Position numbers and translations under genes: made by a program | Notes under the pieces: generated by a model | Databases searched by the model: none | What the model was told of the DNA's origin: nothing | Seen by the model: the letters and a program-made list of their open reading frames with translations, nothing else | NCBI GenBank assembly: GCA_038087875.1 | Contig: CM075977.1 | Coordinates: 163,804,001-163,868,000, forward strand | DNA: 64,000 nucleotides | From: Malacoraja senta | Taxonomy: Eukaryota | Reading direction: 5' to 3' | In this document: positions 62,570 through 64,000 of the stretch, one piece after another | Layout of the letters: every line of letters starts with the position of its first letter | How positions within the stretch are numbered: position 1 is the stretch's first letter

Positions 62570-64000
62570 CAGTGGCAGTCCCCTTAGCCTTCTTCCCAAT
62601 CTTTTAAAGATTACCTACCTCCTTTCTAAATACCCCCAGTAAGATTCCTTCCACAATTTCTGAAGTAGAGAATTTTAAAGATTTACTGTACACGCTGAGA
62701 AGAAATTCCTATCATCTCAGTTTTAAATGACTACCCCTTTATCTTACAATCATGCCCTTCTTTTGAAACTATCCCATGAATGGAAACATAGAAACATAGA
62801 AACATAGAAAATAGGTGCAGGAATAGGCCATTCGGCCCTTCGAGCCTGCACCGCGATTCAATATGATCATGGCTGATCATCCAACTCAGTATCCTGTACC
62901 TGCCTTCTCTCCATACCCGCTGATCCCTTTAGCCACAAGGGCCACATCTAACTCCCTCTTAAATATAGCCAATGAACTGGCCTCAACTACCTTCTGTGGC
63001 AGAGAATTCCACAGATTCACCACTCTCTGTGTGAAAAATGTTTTTCTCATCTCGGTCCTAAAAGACTTCCCCCTTATCCTTAAACTGTGACCCCTTGTTC
63101 TGGACTTCCCCAACATCGGGAACAATGTTCCTGCATCTAGCCTGTCCAACCCCTTAACAATTTTGTAAGTTTCTATAAGATCCACCCTCAATCTTCTAAA
63201 TTCTAGCGAGTACAAGCCGAGTCTATCCAGTCTTTCTTCATATGAAAGTCCTGACATCCCAGGAATCAGTCTGCTGAACCTTCTCTGTACTCCCTCTATG
63301 GCAAGAATGTCTTTCCTCAGATTAAGAGACCAAAACTGTACGCAATACTCCAGGTGTGGTCTCACCAAGACCCTGTACAACTGCAGTAGAACCTCCCTGC
63401 TCCTATACTCAAATCCTTTTGCTATGAATGCTAACATACCATTCGTTTTCTTCACTGCCTGCTGCACCTGCATGCCTACTTTCAATGACTGGTGTACCAT
63501 GACACCCAGGTCTCGTTGCATCTCCCCTTTTCCTAATCGGCCACCATTCAGAAGCATTGAAAACTTCTCAAGACCCATTACCATCTTATATATTTCAACA
63601 AACCAAACCTGATTAGCCTTCCTTGATATAACAATTCTCTAATCTTAGAAATGAATGTGCTTTTGCTTTGCCTCTAATGCATAAAAATCTTTTCTTAAAT
63701 AAGAAGACCAAAATTGTACAGAGTACTCCAGGTGTAGCCTCATCGCCACACCCAGTTTCATTGTAATACTACTCCCCTATTTTTAAATTCCAACTCATCT
63801 AAAATAACGGCCTAAATGCCATTTTCCTTTCTAATGATTTTCTGCATCAAAGCACAATTATTGTAAACTTGATACAAGCACAAAAATACCCTAGACCCCT
63901 TTATACTCCACTCATTTGATTCCTCTCTCCATTTAGACAATTGCCTTTTGATTATTGTTACCTCATATTTTTCTATATTAAATTCCAGTTGCCATGAGTT
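62570..64000 (-). mobile_element. Old degenerate CR1 fragment hosting the young CR1
   Basis: Both flanks of 62783-63552 are decayed CR1 3' sequence (e.g. GAAGAAATTCCT..CATCTCAGTTTTAAATG and GACCAAAATTGTACAGAGTACTCCAGGTGTAGCCTCA) and are collinear across the insertion. Confidence 0.7.
62783..63552 (-). mobile_element. Young 5'-truncated CR1 LINE 3' end, same subfamily as 2244-2905
   Basis: ORF 62886-63584 is the CR1 ORF2 C-terminus. (CTATGTTT)3 tail. Only scattered substitutions relative to the 2244-2905 copy. Confidence 0.95.

Overview
Vertebrate genomic DNA, almost certainly from a cartilaginous fish (probably a skate or ray), judged by its repeat families: CR1 LINEs, HE1-type V-SINEs, SacSINE1-like DeuSINEs and Penelope-like elements. 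The window holds the 5' half of Pax5 on the minus strand: alternative first exons 1A (53274-53313) and 1B (41459-41501), then exons 2-5 (paired domain and octapeptide YSISGILG), all with GT-AG borders and matching phases. Exon 6 onward was not found, so bases 1-21843 are read as intron 5. The ~31-60 kb part is CpG-retaining and LINE-poor; the 1-30 kb part is CpG-poor and repeat-dense. Most notable signals: (1) many short, often palindromic, Penelope-terminus-derived insertions carrying a minimal hammerhead-ribozyme core, with a parental Penelope copy in the window; (2) a teleost AFC-like SINE inside a foldback element built from SINE heads, itself inside an old Penelope; (3) an exon 1A leader with three uORFs that appears conserved with human; (4) a ~31-bp-phased CCAAT array at promoter 1B; (5) candidate B-cell (PU.1/IRF/NF-kB) and midbrain-hindbrain enhancer motifs. 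All comparisons with other species and repeat consensuses are from memory and need alignment. Most ORF-track entries are TE-derived or spurious.
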